A DNA stretch of 64,000 nt from Mobula hypostoma (GCF_963921235.1 NC_086100.1:203796001-203860000), one strand, 5' to 3'; positions 11,495 to 26,231 are shown, counted from the first letter of the stretch. A program made the numbers and translations. Notes: generated from the letters alone by a model not told the origin.

Positions 11495-12189
11495 AATTTC
11501 AGAAACAGAGTAAAACTGCCATAATATGGTACATTAACTGGATGTGAATCCTGTTGTAAATATCTCCAATATACTGGAGCAGCTCCCTGAATTTTGACTC
11601 ACACAGTATCTTAGCATGTCAAAACATGCCGAACATTCCTTGTGAGTGTCCTACTCATTGGCTTCTGTTTGTAACTAATCCCTGCTGCCTCCACCTTTAA
11701 AATTCTTGTCCTGACCTATGAAACTCATTCTACTTTCTCATTTTAGTTTGCCTGTACAAGTTATTCAAACTTGGGACTACTTTATACCTTCTAGTTCACT
11801 AACTGCAGACTGAATTTGCAATATAGTTTTCCTGCCCCTCTTTTACATCAAGCACTCTTCATTTGGAATCAGAATCATGTTTATTTCACCGGTTTATGCC
11901 ATTTTATTAGTGTTCTTGCAGCAGCAGTATACTACAATACATAATAATAAGAACTGTAAATTGCTGTTAGAAATATATAGATACTGTGTGTGTATACACA
12001 CACATATTTATATATACACAATTAAATTAAATAAGTGGTGCAAATAGACAGCAAAAAAAGAGACTACTAGACAGGTATATGGAGGAATTTAAGGTGGGGG
12101 GTTATATGGGAGGCAGGGTTTGAGGGTCGGCACAACATTGTGGGCCGAAGGGCCTGTACTGGGCTGTACTATTCTATGTTCTATGTTCC

Positions 12190-12990
12190 AAAAGAAAAGT
12201 AGTGAGGTAGTGTTCATATGTTGATTGCCCATTGAGAAATCTGACGACGGAGGGGCAGGACCTCTTCTGAAGTGTTGAGTGCCTGTCTTCAATCTCCTTG
12301 ATGGCAGCACTGAGAAGAGGGTGTTGAAGGTCTTTGATGATGATGTCGTCTTTTTGATTCATTGTCTTTTGAACATGCTCTCAATGCAGGGAAGGCTGGT
12401 GCTCCTCATGGAGCTGACAGAGTTTAAAATGATAACCTGCATCTTTTGCCAATCCTGTACAGTGGCCCCTCCATACCAGACAGTGATGCAACTAGTTGGA
12501 ATATTCTTCACGGTACATATGAAAACGTGTGAGTGCTTTAGTCACATTCCAATTCCCCTCAAACTCCAAATGAAGTATAACCACTGTCATGCGCTCTTTG
12601 TAACTGCATCAAAATGTTAGGCCCAGGTTAGACCTTTAGAGATATTGAAATCTCAGGAACTTGAAGTGGCTAACCCTTTCCACTACAGATCTCTTGACAA
12701 AGCCTGTTCTGTGTTCCCTTGGCTTCCCCTTCCTTAAGTCTACAATCAACTCATTGGTCCTGCTGACGTTGACTGCAATGTTTTCTGTTGTTCTATCAGT
12801 CAACCAACTGATGTATCTTGTTCCTGTACACCATCCTGTCACCATCTGAAACTTTGCCAACAATACATTGTGTTTTTGGGAACTTTATTATATGGTGCTT
12901 GAGTTGCGCTTAGCCACATAATCGTGGGTGCAGCGAGAGTAAAGCAGCAGGCTAAGCATGCATTCTTGAGGTGCGTCGGTGTTGCTTGTT
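12190..12990 (-). mobile_element. Decayed Rex1/Babar-type LINE fragment
   Basis: Minus-strand NVSRTNELIVDLRKGK...VERVSHFKFL matches the Rex1-like ORF at 26714. Confidence 0.7.
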
Positions 12991-13159
12991 ACCACTGACT
13001 ACTCTGAATTCTACATGGATCATATCTCACTCCTCACAAACCAGACTTTTTCCACTTTCGAGAACAGAATGATCATCCAGAGAGTGCTCCCTGCAGAGTC
13101 GAAAATATCAAAGAATAAAGGATGACGAGGAGAAATCAAGGCATGGCTGAATATTGAGC

Positions 13160-13805
13160 TCATATTTCAGATGGTGACGAGGAGGAGGACAGGAGTGAGA
13201 TAGATCAGCAAGTTGAGTGGTGTCGCAGTAACAATCTTGCACTCAACATCATTAAGACAAAGAAATTGATTGTGGATTCAGGAAGGGGAAGTCGAGGGAA
13301 CACACACCAGTCCTCACCGTGGGATCAGAAGTGAAAAGGGTGAGCAGTTTCCATTTCCTGCCTGTCAACATCTCTGAGGAACTATTCTGGGCCCAACATA
13401 TTGATGCAGCTACACAACATCGGCGATATTTCATTCGGAGACTGAGGGGAATCGGTCTGTCACTACAGACACTTGCAAATTTCTACAGATGTACTGTGAA
13501 GAGCATTCTAACCGGTTCCATCACTGCCTGGTGTGGAGAGGCCACTGTACAGGATCGGAAAATGCTGCAGAATGTTGTAAACTCATCCAGCTTCTTCGTG
13601 GGCACTAGACTCCACAGCATCCAGGACACGATCAAAAGATGATGCCACAAAAAAGTTGCATCCATGATTAAGGACCCCGATCACCCAGGATATGCCTTCA
13701 TCTCATTGCTATCATCAAGGAGGGTGCACCGGACCCTGAAGACATTTCAGGAACAGCGTCATTCCCACTACTATCAGATTTCTGAATGGGCAAAGAACCC
13801 ATGAA
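13160..13805 (+). mobile_element. Decayed Rex1/Babar-type LINE 3' fragment
   Basis: ORF 13319-13642 contains RRYFIRRLR...FYRCTVKSILTGSITAW. Confidence 0.75.
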
Positions 13806-15301
13806 ATCTTTGAAACCATTTGGTTTAACTGTAAAGCTATTTCTGTTCCAGGCTCCTGGGCAGCTCTTGGATTCCAGAGAGATATCAAAGGATACCTGAT
13901 TAGAAATAAGAATACAGGTACAGTACATGAGAGATAGGAACACGACAGGCTATTCAACCATAAGACCATAAGATATAGGAGCAGAAATAGGCCATTCAGC
14001 CCATTAAGTCTGCTCCACCATTCAATCACGGGCTGATCCAATTCTTTCAGTCATCCCCCCTCCCATGCCTTCACCTCATATCCTCTGATGCCCTGCCTAA
14101 TCAAGAACCTATCTATCTCAGCCTTAAATGCACCAAATGAATTGGCCTCCACAGCTGTTTGTGGCAACAAAATCTACAGATTTACCACCCTCTGACTTAA
14201 AGTAATTATTCTCCATCTCTATTCTAAATGGACGTCCTTCAATCCTGAAGTCGTGCCCTCTTTTTCTAGTCTCCCCTACCCAGTGAGCTTGCACAGCTAT
14301 TCAATAAGAGAACAGGTGACCTTCTTGATCCATCTTCCTGCTGTACCAAATTAATCTGTTATCAAGTATCTAAATACGGTTCTCAGCCTAGAGTCCACAG
14401 AGCCCACGCTGAATGGTGTTGGCCAATGGCATTAGAAAAGTTTGGGAAACCCTGTTCTAAAGGATCTAGAAGAAGTTAAGAAATTCCACTGATGAAAGAA
14501 GTGTGTTTTCTCAGACATAAGTAGCCAGCTCCTTATTCTTGTTTCCTAGTTGTACAACTTTTTACTGAATATGCTGTCTATGTTCATTCCCTTTTATATT
14601 CATCCTTCTCTGCAGGCAGGAGTTGGATTTGATGTGTTTTTGTTTTTTAGTCCGTTGGGTGTTAGATGTTTACTTTGAACACATTCTTTCCTCCATGGTT
14701 GTCAGTGGGAAGGCGAATCTCAGCGTTGTACATCAATAATAAATGTACTTTGAACTTTGATTTTCTTCACAAACATTGTTCAATCTTGTAACCAGGTTTT
14801 ACAGGCAGGTAAATTATATTCCTACACCCACATGTTAGTCCTGAAGAATTTTATTTTTTAAAGAATTATCTATTAGTCCTCTAGAATTCGGACTTTGAAA
14901 AAATAGTCACAGTTCTATTGCTGTCATCAGGTCTATATCTTGGAACTCTCTTCCCATTTACGTTTTGCGTGTACCTTCACCACAAGGACTGTATAGCATT
15001 GGGATAATACAACACGAAGACCACGAGACATAAGAGTTAGGCCTTTTGGCGCAGAATGTGCCCTGCCGTTCAATCATGGCTGATTCACATGGAACATACC
15101 GTTTTAAAACACGTCCTTCAGTTCATAAAGTTGTGTCGAACCAATTAAATTAGTAATCAAATAGTCAAGTGTACTAATATCTTCTCTCTGCATCCTCCCA
15201 TTTCCTTCATATTCATGTTCTTATCCAAATCTCTCTTAAAAATCTACATTTCTGCCTCTACCCCCACCCCAGATAACGCATTCCAAGCACCCACTACTCT
15301 C

Positions 15302-15721
15302 TGTCAAAAGCTTGCTGTCCCCACGCTTCGGACACGGCCGAGTGTGGATGATACACACTGAAACATGTCGATAGTTCACAGAGTTTAATTCAAAAAAGGG
15401 AAAACTAAAGAATAAATGCTCGGTCAAACAGAGCCGTTAACTAAAACTCTCAAAATGGAAAGTAGCCTACACAGCGGCTGAAAATTAAACGAATACCGCT
15501 AGTCTTCAGAGTCAGTTGATTTTGAAAGTCCAATGGCTCAGGGAAGGCCTAATGCAAAACAGCAGCAAAGCTTTGCTGTGCTCTGTCCAAGTTTCCACAA
15601 GCACTACGACGACAAGAATGTAGTTAAACACTATCACGATGAAATAATAATTACCTGATATGTGCAAATACACGAGCACAATTGCCATATCTACTGTGCT
15701 GCAGAATTCGTGGTTGTGACA
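15302..15721. mobile_element. Possible solo LTR
   Basis: A ~420-bp block bounded by TGTCA...TGACA; no TSD recognised. Confidence 0.35.
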
Positions 15722-17785
15722 CATATACAATCGACCATAGGTGCAGGAGTAGGCCATTCAGCCCTTCGAGCCAGCACCACCATTCACTGTGATCATGGCT
15801 GATCATCCACAATCAGTACACTTCTCCTGCCTTCTCCCGATATCCCATCACTCCGCTATCCTTAAGAGCTCTATCTAACTCTTTTTTGAAAGAATCCAGA
15901 GAATTGGCCTCCACAGCCTTCTGAGGCAGAGCATTCCACAGATCCACAACTCTCTGGGTGAAAAAGTTTTTCCTCAACTCCATTCTAAATTGTCTACCCC
16001 TTATTCTTAAACTGTGGCCTCTGGTTCTGGACTCCCCCAACATCGGGAACATGTTTCCTGCCTCCAGCGTGTCCAATCTCTTAATAATCTTATATGTTTC
16101 AATCAGATCTCTCTCATCCTTCTAAATTCCAGTGTATACAACCCCAGTCACTTCAATATTTCAACATATGACAGTCCCGCCATCCTGGGAATTAACCTCG
16201 TGAACCTGCACTGCACTCTCTCAATAGCAAGAATGTCCTTCTTCAAATTTGGAGACCAAAACTGCACACAATACTCCAGGTGTGGTCTCACCAGGGCCCT
16301 GTACAACTGCAGAAGGACCTCTTTGCACCTATACTCAACTTCCCTTGTTATGAAGGCCAACATGCCATTAGCTTTCTTCACTGCCTGCTGTACCTGCATG
16401 CTTACTTTCATTGACTGATGAACAAGGACACTTAGATCTCGTTGCACTTCCCCTTTTCCTAACTTGGCACCATTCAGATAGTAATCTGCCTTCCTGTTCT
16501 TACCACCAAAGTGGATAACCTCACATTTATCCACATTAAACTGCATCTGCCATGCAACTGCCCACTCACCCAACCTGTCCAAGTCACCCTGCATTCTCAT
16601 ACCATCCTCCTCAAATTTCACACTGCCTCCCAGCTTTGTGTCATCTGCAAATTTGCTAATGTTACTTTTAATCCCTTCATCTAAATCATTAATATATATT
16701 GTAAATAGCTGCGGTCCCAGCACTGAACCCTGCAGTACCCCACTGGTCACTGCCTGCCATTCTGAAAAGGATCCATTAATCCCTACTCTTTGTTTCCTGT
16801 CTGCCAACCAATTTTCTATCCATGTCAGTACCCTATCCCCAATACCATTTGCTCTAATTTTGCACACTAACCTCCTATATGGGACGTTATCAAAGGCTTT
16901 CTGAAAGTCCAGGTACATTACATCCACTGGCTTTCCCATGTCCATTTTCATAGTTACATTCAAAAAAAATTCCAGAAGATTAGTCAAGCATGATTTCCTC
17001 TTCGTAAATCCATGCTGACTCGGACCTATCCTGCTACTGCTATCCAAATATGCCGCTATTTCATCTTTTATAATTGACTCCAGCATCTTCCCCATCACTG
17101 ATGTCAGAGTAACTGGTCTATAATTGCCTGTTTTCTCTCTCCCTCCTTTCTTAAAAAGTGGGATAACATTAGCTACCCTCTAATCCACAGGAACTGATCC
17201 TGAATCTATAGAACATTGGAAAATAATTACCAATGCGTCAACAATTTCTGGAGCCACCTCCTTAAGTACCCTGGGATGCAGACCATCAGGCCCTGGGGAT
17301 TTATCAGCCTTCAGTCCCATCAGTTTACCCAACACCATTTTGTGCCTGATGCAAATTTCCTTCAGTTCCTCTGTTACCCTAAGTCCTCTGGCCACTATTA
17401 CATCTGGGAGATTGTTTGTGTCTTCCCTGGTGAAGACAGATCCAAAGTACCTGTTCAGCTCGTCTGCCACTTCCTTCTTCCCCATAATAATTTCACCCGT
17501 TTCTGTCTTCAAGGGCCCAACTTTGGTCTTAACTAATTTTTTGCTCTTCATGTACCTAAAGAAGCTTTTACTACCCTCCTTTATATTCTTGGCTAGCTTA
17601 CCTTCGTACCTCATCTTTTCCCCCCGTATTGCCTGTTTAGTTATCTTCTGTTGCTCTTTAAAAGTCTCCCAATTCTCTGGCTTTCGACTCATCCTTGCTA
17701 TGTTATACTTCCTCTCTTTTATTTTTATACCGTCATTGACTTCCTTTGTCATCCACGGTTGCCCCTTACTCCCCTTAGAATATTT
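15722..17785 (-). mobile_element. 5'-truncated CR1 LINE, disrupted
   Basis: ORFs 17180-17752, 16148-17098 and 15813-16076 carry KSPGPDGLHPRVLKE, QHGF, FADD and FFTQRVV motifs. Confidence 0.95.
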
Positions 17786-18029
17786 CTTATTATATACCTT
17801 CAGAGGAGATCTTTATTCTTGTATTCAAGCCTTCCTTCCTATTCAATGTTCTTCATTTAATGTAGAATGAAAACAGTGAACAGATACAACACACCCTCAG
17901 CCATGAATTTAAAGGGCAGGTGTTTGAACAGTTTGAGCTTCATACCGGGGGCCACGGAGCAAGCAGGGAGTCACAAAGGGAGGAATGTGGGAGTATTGTG
18001 TGTCTGAGCCCAGCGATGTGTGTTTGTGT

Positions 18030-18480
18030 ATCAGAATCAGGTTTAATATCACCGGCATATGTGGTGAAATTTGTTGTTTTGTGACAGCAGTACATTGCAG
18101 TACATAGTAATGAAAACCATAAATTACAATAAGTATGTATAAAATTCAATTTAAAATGTAGTGCAAAAAGAGAGGGAAAATACCAAGGAAATGTGATCAT
18201 TGGTTGTGGGAACATCTCAATGGATGGGCAAGTGAGTGTATTTATCCCGTATTGTTCAGGAGTAGTCTGATGGTTGAGGTGTAGTAACTGTTCCTGAACC
18301 TGGTCCGAGTCCTGAGGCTCTTGTACCTTCCACCTGATTGCAGCAGCGAGAAAAGAGCCTGGCCTGGGTGGTGAGCATCTCTGATGATGGATGCTGCTTT
18401 GCTACGACAGCGGTTCATGTAGATGTGCTCAATGGTTTGGAGGGCTACACCCGTGATGTACTGGGCCGAATCCAATACCT
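18030..18480 (-). mobile_element. Rex1/Babar-type LINE 3' end
   Basis: ORF 18242-18496 reads KAASIIRDAHHPGQALFSLLQSGGRYKSLRTRTRFRNSYY, followed by a (TCTGAT)-like tail. Confidence 0.75.
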
Positions 18481-18569
18481 TGTTTCGGTTCATCAAGAGG
18501 GCGATGAACTACTTTGTATATTGTGCTCTCGATGTGAACCTTGCATTAATGAAATTTGTTACAGGTCTT

Positions 18570-19445
18570 TCAGACCAGCAGCTTTGACCACAGGAACATC
18601 AGACAGTGGTCAGCGTGGAATGTCCTGCAGTTACTGCAGGAGACGGACTGGATGGACACAGTGGAGTTGTTCTCTGAGCAGACAGTCCAGACCATCTGGC
18701 AGAATGCCTCATCACCAGATCTCACCAACAGGACCAAGGCCTTACCTGGCTGGCGGCAAGAGCGGCCCTCCTGGTCTGATCCTTGCTGTATACCCGGAGA
18801 TCACTCCGACGGCGCACTGCCCCGAGATTACTGCAGTGGAAACGATCCGGTCACTCATCTCTTTCCACACTGTGGACTGGCGAGGATATGTGGAGAAAGA
18901 TGCAAGGGCCTGTGCCACAGCAGCTGCGTGACAGAAGGATCACTGATCTTTGGGCTGTTCCCAGGACACAGAGGATAACGGACAGCAAGTGCTGCTGGAA
19001 GATCATCAACTCGCGGAAAGACGCCCGAAACTTGTTGGTCTGCCATGACATCGAGATGTCCGTTCCCAACCTGCGCCCCACGGTTAATGGTATAAAACCA
19101 TTACCATTGATTCATGGCATAAAAACAGTTGGGACCCCCTATCGTACAGGAATGCTGCTGACTGGCACATTCCAGGCTGCAGGGACACCATTGAAACTAT
19201 GGGGTTCCTCTACTACTGGACAGGGAGGGGCCGGGTTGGCTGAGGAAGCCTCTCTGTTATTGTCGTAGTGAACCATCCCGGGGGGCACATGAGCGACAAC
19301 AGTCCTATTGGTCTTAACGTATGTAAAATGACACTAAACACTGCACTGACAACGAATGTAAATTCACTGGCTAAAGATGTTGCTTCTTTTCTCCTTGTGA
19401 ATATTGTTATTGCGAACAAAGTTTATGTTGATTAAAAAATAAACT
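18570..19445 (+). mobile_element. L1/Tx1-type LINE 3' fragment (zinc-finger region)
   Basis: Frameshifted IWQNASSPDLTNR...CPRDYCSGN...THLFPHC, with an A-rich end near 19435. Confidence 0.65.
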
Positions 19446-21730
19446 TCTGGCCTGTGTCCGGCGTGAGGGAGACCGGGCCTACCACTGGAGTCGGGACAGA
19501 CGTGGCTGAAGTCCGGAGGTTTCTTCACAGGAAGGACGGTGGAAATCAGGACTTCACCCGAAAAAAGGTGCTTTCCACCCTATGACGTAAAATGTCCAGT
19601 CCTGTGTTTTTTCTTGCAGCCACAGCTCGGTCATCAACACTGCATCTGTCTCTGCACAGCACCATATTCTCTCCACATCCTCAGTTTCATGGCATGAACT
19701 GATATATTGGCGGCTTCAATATTTACTTAACCCCGGTTTTACACCCCAGTCTGTCTCTCTTAAACCTGGAGAAAAACAAAATTGAGTGGCTGGGGGAACT
19801 GAGCGGGCCAGGCAGCATCTGTGAAGGGAAGTGGACAATCGACCTTTCAGAAACAGATGGTCCAGATGAAGGATCTCGAGCGGGAAAGTCGACTGTATAT
19901 TTCTCTCCACAGATGCTGCCTGACCTGCTCAGTTCCTCCAGCATCATGTTTCTCACTCGAGATACCAACATCTGCAGTCTCTTGTGCCTCTCTTGTCATA
20001 ACTTGCCTCTTTCATTCCTGCTTTAGACTGAACCAGGCTCTTATCTCCGGCTTTATTTCTGTTCTGCTTCTTCTTTAGCCCATCACACCTACCGGGGCAC
20101 AGGCTGCCAACTGCAGCTCGCCCGCTTCCTCTGCCCAGGGCCGTGATCTGATCGGCCCTGTGGCTTTCCCTTTCTCCACACGACTTCAATCATTTTCCAG
20201 GGGAAGGTCCTTCCGATCCCAGGGATGAGGCCTTTGGAGATCAGTGGCGGTGCCAGAGATTTATTTCTTGCTGTTGCTACAGTAGGGCTGAATTATTCAG
20301 TGATGGTGCTGAGGGATGTACTGTAAGGCCAGACACGAGGCGTTCAAAAGTCAGTTTCAAGCATTATGTGCCTACTATAAATGCCTCTGTTGATTCACAA
20401 GCAACAGCAATTGGTAGATCTAATATAGAAGTGAACTGTGACAGTGTCAACAGCATCGAAGACAACCTGGGCTACACACAGCATAAACAAACAAACCAAC
20501 AGAGCATCCGACCCACAGCGCACAACGTGAATCACACACCAATCCCGCAATCAGCATCAAATGCGTGCTTTTCAACTGAAAAACACAACACTAACCCACA
20601 ATGTCCACTGCTATTGGCATTACATAGACAGACAATGCCAAAAGATGCACCGTTATTAAAGTCAAATAAGGCAAACAACAGATGCAAGGCTTTACCAGGG
20701 GAGTTGGACGAATCATACTCTGACCATGCAATACCTCAATTAATTCAGCTACTGAATTTAAAACAAAAATCAACAGAATCACCGCTTGGAAGTCTAAGCA
20801 AAACCAGTAGGCTTAATAGCAGTAAATGTAATAGTTTAGGATTTGCAGGAAACATGAGGACTATGGGGTATCCACCATAAAATAATAATAATAATCAGCA
20901 TTAGTCTTGGCCCAAATTTTTTAAATATCAACTGCACTCACCATTGATGTTTTCAGAGAAGCACAATCCGTCTGTTGTTGTGATTGGTGGTGAAAGCATC
21001 ACTGATTTTCTGGGTGTCAAGTGCTTTGCTCCTCCGGCTGTTTATGGCCAACAGGGCCAAGTTGCTGTTCCGAGCATCGCTGCTGCTATTCCTTAGGTAG
21101 TTTTTGATGCGTCTGAGGCAAGAGAAACTCCATTTGCAAGAGGCCGATGTCACAGGTAGAGTCAGTGATATGTAGATTAGTTTGTATAAATCTATGAATG
21201 CATCGCGGTAGGGTCTCATTGGAGCTAGAAATTCCACTGTGTCATTCACTGTCTGTCCTTGCTAGAGACTCGACCACTGCTCTCATATACTCACGATTTT
21301 CTTGGACAATCTTTGCATGTCCTCTGTCAAGCATTTTTCCCAATCTTGAACAGTCTTGTTTTCTCAATCTGAATTCGGCCCATGCCTCCATAGCAAACTT
21401 CTCAGCTGCACTTACATGGTGGGTTTTGAAAGCTGTTGTAGCTTTCCGCCAGTTATGGTAACCGGTGACAGTGAAGGTAGACTCAGAATGGAACCCATGT
21501 CCTCCACACAGGAAATGTCTGCATGCGAAGCAGAATGTAATATCTTTCATGATCGAATATTCCAACCAGACAAAGCAGCCGCGAATAAAACTCTTTTGCT
21601 GATTGCCAAACTGTTGCGAGCAGGGAAGGGTAATTTTTCAAAGCTGGCCGACGGGGTCCTTCCTCAGGCTACTGGCTAATATCGCTAACAGTATTCCCAT
21701 TAGCACTAAGAGCAGCTTCATCCACATTTT

Positions 21731-24700
21731 AGAAACATAGAAACATAGAAAATAGGTGCAGGAGTAGGCCATTCGGCCCTTCGAGCCTGCACCACCATTC
21801 AGTATGATCATGGCTGATCATCCAACTCAGAACCCCATACCAACCTTCCCTCCATACTCTCTGATCCCTTTAGCCACAAAGGCCATATCTAACTCCCTCT
21901 TAAATATAGCCAATGAACTGGCCTCAACTGTTTCCTGTGGCAGAGAATTCCACAGATTCACCACTCTCTGTGTGAAGAAGTTTTTCCTCATCTCAGTCCT
22001 AAAAGGCTTCCCCTTTATCCTCAAACTGTGACCCCTCGTTCTGGACTTCCCCAACATCGGGAACAATCTTCTTGCATCTAGCCTGTCCAATCCCTTTAGG
22101 ATTTTATACGTTTCAATCAGATCCCCCCTCAATCTTCTAAATTCCAGACAGTATAAACCTAGTCGATCCAGTCTTTCATTAAAACCAATTTCCCCCAGGA
22201 TCAATAAAGTATGACTATGACTATGAATATGAAAGTCCTGCCATCCCAAGAATCAATCTAGTGAACCTTCTTTGTACCCCCTCTATGACAAGAATGTCTT
22301 TCCTCAGATTACGGGACCAAAACTGCACACAATACTCCAGGTGTGGTCTCACCAAGGCCTTGTACAACTGCAGTAGTACCTCCCTGCTCCTGTACTCGAA
22401 TCCTTTTGCTATGAATGCCAGCATACCATTCGCCTTTTTCACCGCCTGCTGTACCTGCATGCCCACTTTCAATGACTGGTGTATAATGACATCCAGGTCT
22501 CGTTGCACCTCCCCTTTTCCTAATCAGCCACCATTCAGATAATAATCTGTTTTCCTGTTTTTGCCACCAAAGTGGATAACCTCACATTTATCCACATTAA
22601 ATTGCATCTGCCATGAATTTGTCCACTCACCTAATCTATCGATGTCACCCTGCATCCTCTTAGCATCCTCCTCACAGCTAACACTGCTGCCCAGCTTCGT
22701 GTCATCCGCAAACTCGGAGATGCTGCATTTAATTCCCTCGTCTAAGTAATTAATACATATTGTAAACAACTGGGGTCCCAGCACTGAGCCTTACGGTACC
22801 CCACTAGTCACTGCCTGCCATTCTGAAAAGGTCCCGTTTATTCCCACTCTTGGTTTCCTGTCTGCCAACCAATTCTCTATCCACATCAATACCATACCCC
22901 CAATACCGTGCGCTTTAAGTTTGCACACTAATCTCCTGTGTGGAACCCTATCAAAAGCCTTTTGAAAATTCAAATATACCACATCCACTGGTTCTCCCTT
23001 ATCTGCTCTACTAGTTACATCCTCAAAATATTCTATGAGATTTGTCAGACATGATTTTCCTTTCACAAATCCATGCTGACTTTGTCCAATGATTTCACCG
23101 CTTTCCAAATGTGCTGTTATCACATCTTTGATAACTGACTCTAGCATTTTCCCCACCACTGATGTTAGGCTAACCGGTCTATAATTCCCCGGTTTCTCTC
23201 CCCCTCCTTTTTTAAAAAGCAGGGTTACATTAGCCACCCTCCAATCCTCAGTAACTAATCCAGAATCTAAAGAGTTTTGAAAAATTATCACTAATGCATC
23301 CACTATTTCTTGGGCTACTTCCTTAAACACTCTGGGATGCAGACCATCTGGCCCAGGGGATTTATCTGCCTTCAATCCCTTCAATTTACCTAACACCACT
23401 TCCCTACTAACATGTATTTCCCTCAGTTCCTCCATCTTACTAGACCCTCGGTCCCCTACTATTTCCAGAAGATTATTTTACGTCCTCTTAGTGAAGAGAG
23501 AACCAAAACAGTTATTCAATTGGTCTGCCATGTCCTTGTTCCCCATGATCAATTCACCTGTTTCTGACTGTAAGGGACCTACATTTGCCTTAACCAACCT
23601 TTTTCTTTTCACATATCTATAAAAGCTTTTACAGTCAGTTTTTATGTTCCCTGCCAGATTTCTCTCATAATCTTTTTTCCTTTTTCTAATTAAGCCCTTT
23701 GTCCTCCTCTGCTGGACTCTGAATTTCTCCCAGTCCTCAGGTGTGCTGCTTTTTCTGGCTAATTTGTATGTTTCTCATTTGGAATTGATACTATTCCTAA
23801 TTTCCCTTGTCAGCCACAGGTGCACTACCTTCCCTGGTTTATTCTTTTGCCAAACTGGGATGAACAATTGTTGTAGTTCATCCATGTGATCTTTAAATTC
23901 TTGCCATTGCATATCCACTGTCAACCCTTTAAGTATCATTTGCCAGTCTATCTTAGCTAATTCACGTCTCATACGTTCAAAGTTACCCTTCGTTAAGTTC
24001 AGAACCTTTGTTTCTGAATTAACTGTATTACTCTCCATCTTAATGAAAAATTCCACCATATTATGGTCACTCTTACCCAAGGGACCTCGCATGACAAGAT
24101 TGCTAACTAACCCTTCCTCATTGCTCAATACCCAGTCCAGTATGGCCTGCTCTGTAGTTGGTTCCTCAACATGTTGGTTCAGAAAACTATCCCGCATACA
24201 TTCCAAGAAATCCTCTTCATCAGCACCCTTACCAATTTGGTTCACTCAATCTATATGTAGATTGAAGTCACCCATTTGCACGCATTTCTAACTTCCTGTT
24301 TAATGCCATCCCCAACCTCAGTACTACTGTTAGGTGGCCTGTACACAACTCCCACCAGCGTTTTCTGCCCCTTAGTGTTATGCAGTTCTATCCATATCGA
24401 TTCCACATCCGCCCGGCTAATGTCCTTCCTTTCTATTGCGTTAATCTCCTCTCTAACCAGCAATGCCACCCCACCTCCTTTTCTTTCATGTCTATCCCTC
24501 CTGAATATTGAATATCCCTGAATGTTGAGCTCCCATCCTTGGTCACCCTGGAGCCATGTCTCTGTGATCCCAACTATATCATATTCATTAATAACTATCT
24601 GCACTTTCAATTAATCCACCTTGTTACAAATGCTCCTTGCATTGACACACAAAGCCTTCAGGCTTGCTTTTACAATAGTCTTACCCCTTAACAATTATGT

Positions 24701-25936
24701 TGAAAAGTGCCCCTTTTTGATTTTTGCCCTGGATTTGCCGGCCTGCCACTTTTACTTTTCACCTTACTACTTTTTGCTTCTACCCTTATTTTACACCCCT
24801 CTGTCTCTCTGCTCTTGTTCCCATCCCCCTGCCATATTAGTTTAAATCCTCCTGAACAACAGTATCAAACGCTCCCTCTAGGACATTGGTTCCAGTCCAG
24901 CCCAGGTGTAGACCGTCCTGTTTGTACCAGTCCCACCTCCTCCAGAACTGGTTCCAATGCCCCAGAAATTTGAATTCCTCCCCCTTGTACCATTTTTCAA
25001 GCCACATATTCCTCTGAAATATCCTCTTATTTCTACTCTGACTAGCACAGGGCACTGGTAGTAATCCAGAGATTATTACCTTTGTGGTCCTACATTTTAG
25101 TTTATCTCCTAACTCCCCATATTCACCTTGTAGAACCTCATCCTGTTTTTTTACCTATATCTTGGTGACTATGTGCACCACGACCACTGGCTGTTCATAC
25201 TCCCACTCCAGAATGTCCTGCAGCCACTCAGAGACATCCTTGACCCTTGTACCAGGGAGGCAACATACCCTCCTGGAGTCTCGTTTGCAGCCGCAGAAAC
25301 GCCTATCTGTTCCCCTTACAATCGAATCCCCTATCACTATAGCTCTCCCACTCCCTTTCCTTCCCTCCTGTGCCGCAGAGCCACCCATGGTGCCATGAAC
25401 TCGGTTGCTGCTGCCTTCCCCTGATGAGATATCTCTCCCAACAGTATCCAAAACAGTATATCTGTTTAGGAGGGAGATGACCTCAGGGGACTCCTGTACT
25501 ACCTGCCTACTGCTACGCTGTCTAGTGGCCACCCATTCCCTTTCTGCCTGTGTATCTGTGGTGTGGCCAACTCACTGAACGTGCTATTCACGACTTTCTC
25601 AGCATCGCGGATGCTCCAGTGTGAATCCAGTCACAGCTCCAGCTGCTCAATGTGGTCTGCCAGAAGCTGCAGCTGGACACATTTCCTGCACACATAGTCG
25701 TCAGGGACACTGGAAGTATCCCTGATTTCCCACATGCTGCAGGAGGAAGAAACCACGGGGCCTATCTCAGTTGTCATAACCTAGCCAATACGCTACAGCC
25801 TTGCCGCCTTCCTTGCTTCAAATAAAATACCGCTGCAGACCGTTCTCCTTTTAAAGGAACTTACCCGGCCTTACCTCATTCGGAGTGAAGCTCGTCCTCA
25901 GCCTCTGCTCGCCGAAGCCTCTTGAGACAAAGCCTT
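21731..25936 (-). mobile_element. Near full-length CR1 LINE (ORF1, endonuclease, RT), disrupted, inserted in the hAT transposase
   Basis: ORF1 GDSIVRG (25155-25532), endonuclease GITETWL/YRPP/SDHN (23775-24610), RT pieces 21827-23435, and an (AAACATAG)n tail at 21731. Confidence 0.95.
22181..22226 (+). mobile_element. 46-bp 3' tail of a Rex1-type LINE inserted in CR1
   Basis: AAAACCAATTTCCCCC..GATCAATAAAGTATGACTATGACTATGA is nearly identical to 27418-27463 and absent from the sister CR1 at about 3880. Confidence 0.85.
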
Positions 25937-26197
25937 CCTACGCCGTCTCCCTCTACCCCGTCTTCCGAATCCCGCTCCATTTCTTGTTCCTCTACCTTGC
26001 CCTCACACTCCTTCGATGAACTGCTGTCGTCCTCATCCCCACTTACTTCTTTCTGCATGTCACTTTCAATTAAGACAGGCTCCGGCTGAGACACCACTGA
26101 TTCCTCTAAGTGAGGTCGTTTTCTCACTAAAAATCGATCCATTTTTCACGCCGCCAAAATAATGCACGTGGTAGGCCCACGCTAGCTTGTAAAAGCA

Positions 26198-26199
<2 letters not shown>

Positions 26200-26230
<31 letters not shown>
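26200..26230. repeat. (GT)n microsatellite
   Basis: Read directly from the sequence. Confidence 0.95.
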
Positions 26231-26231
<1 letters not shown>

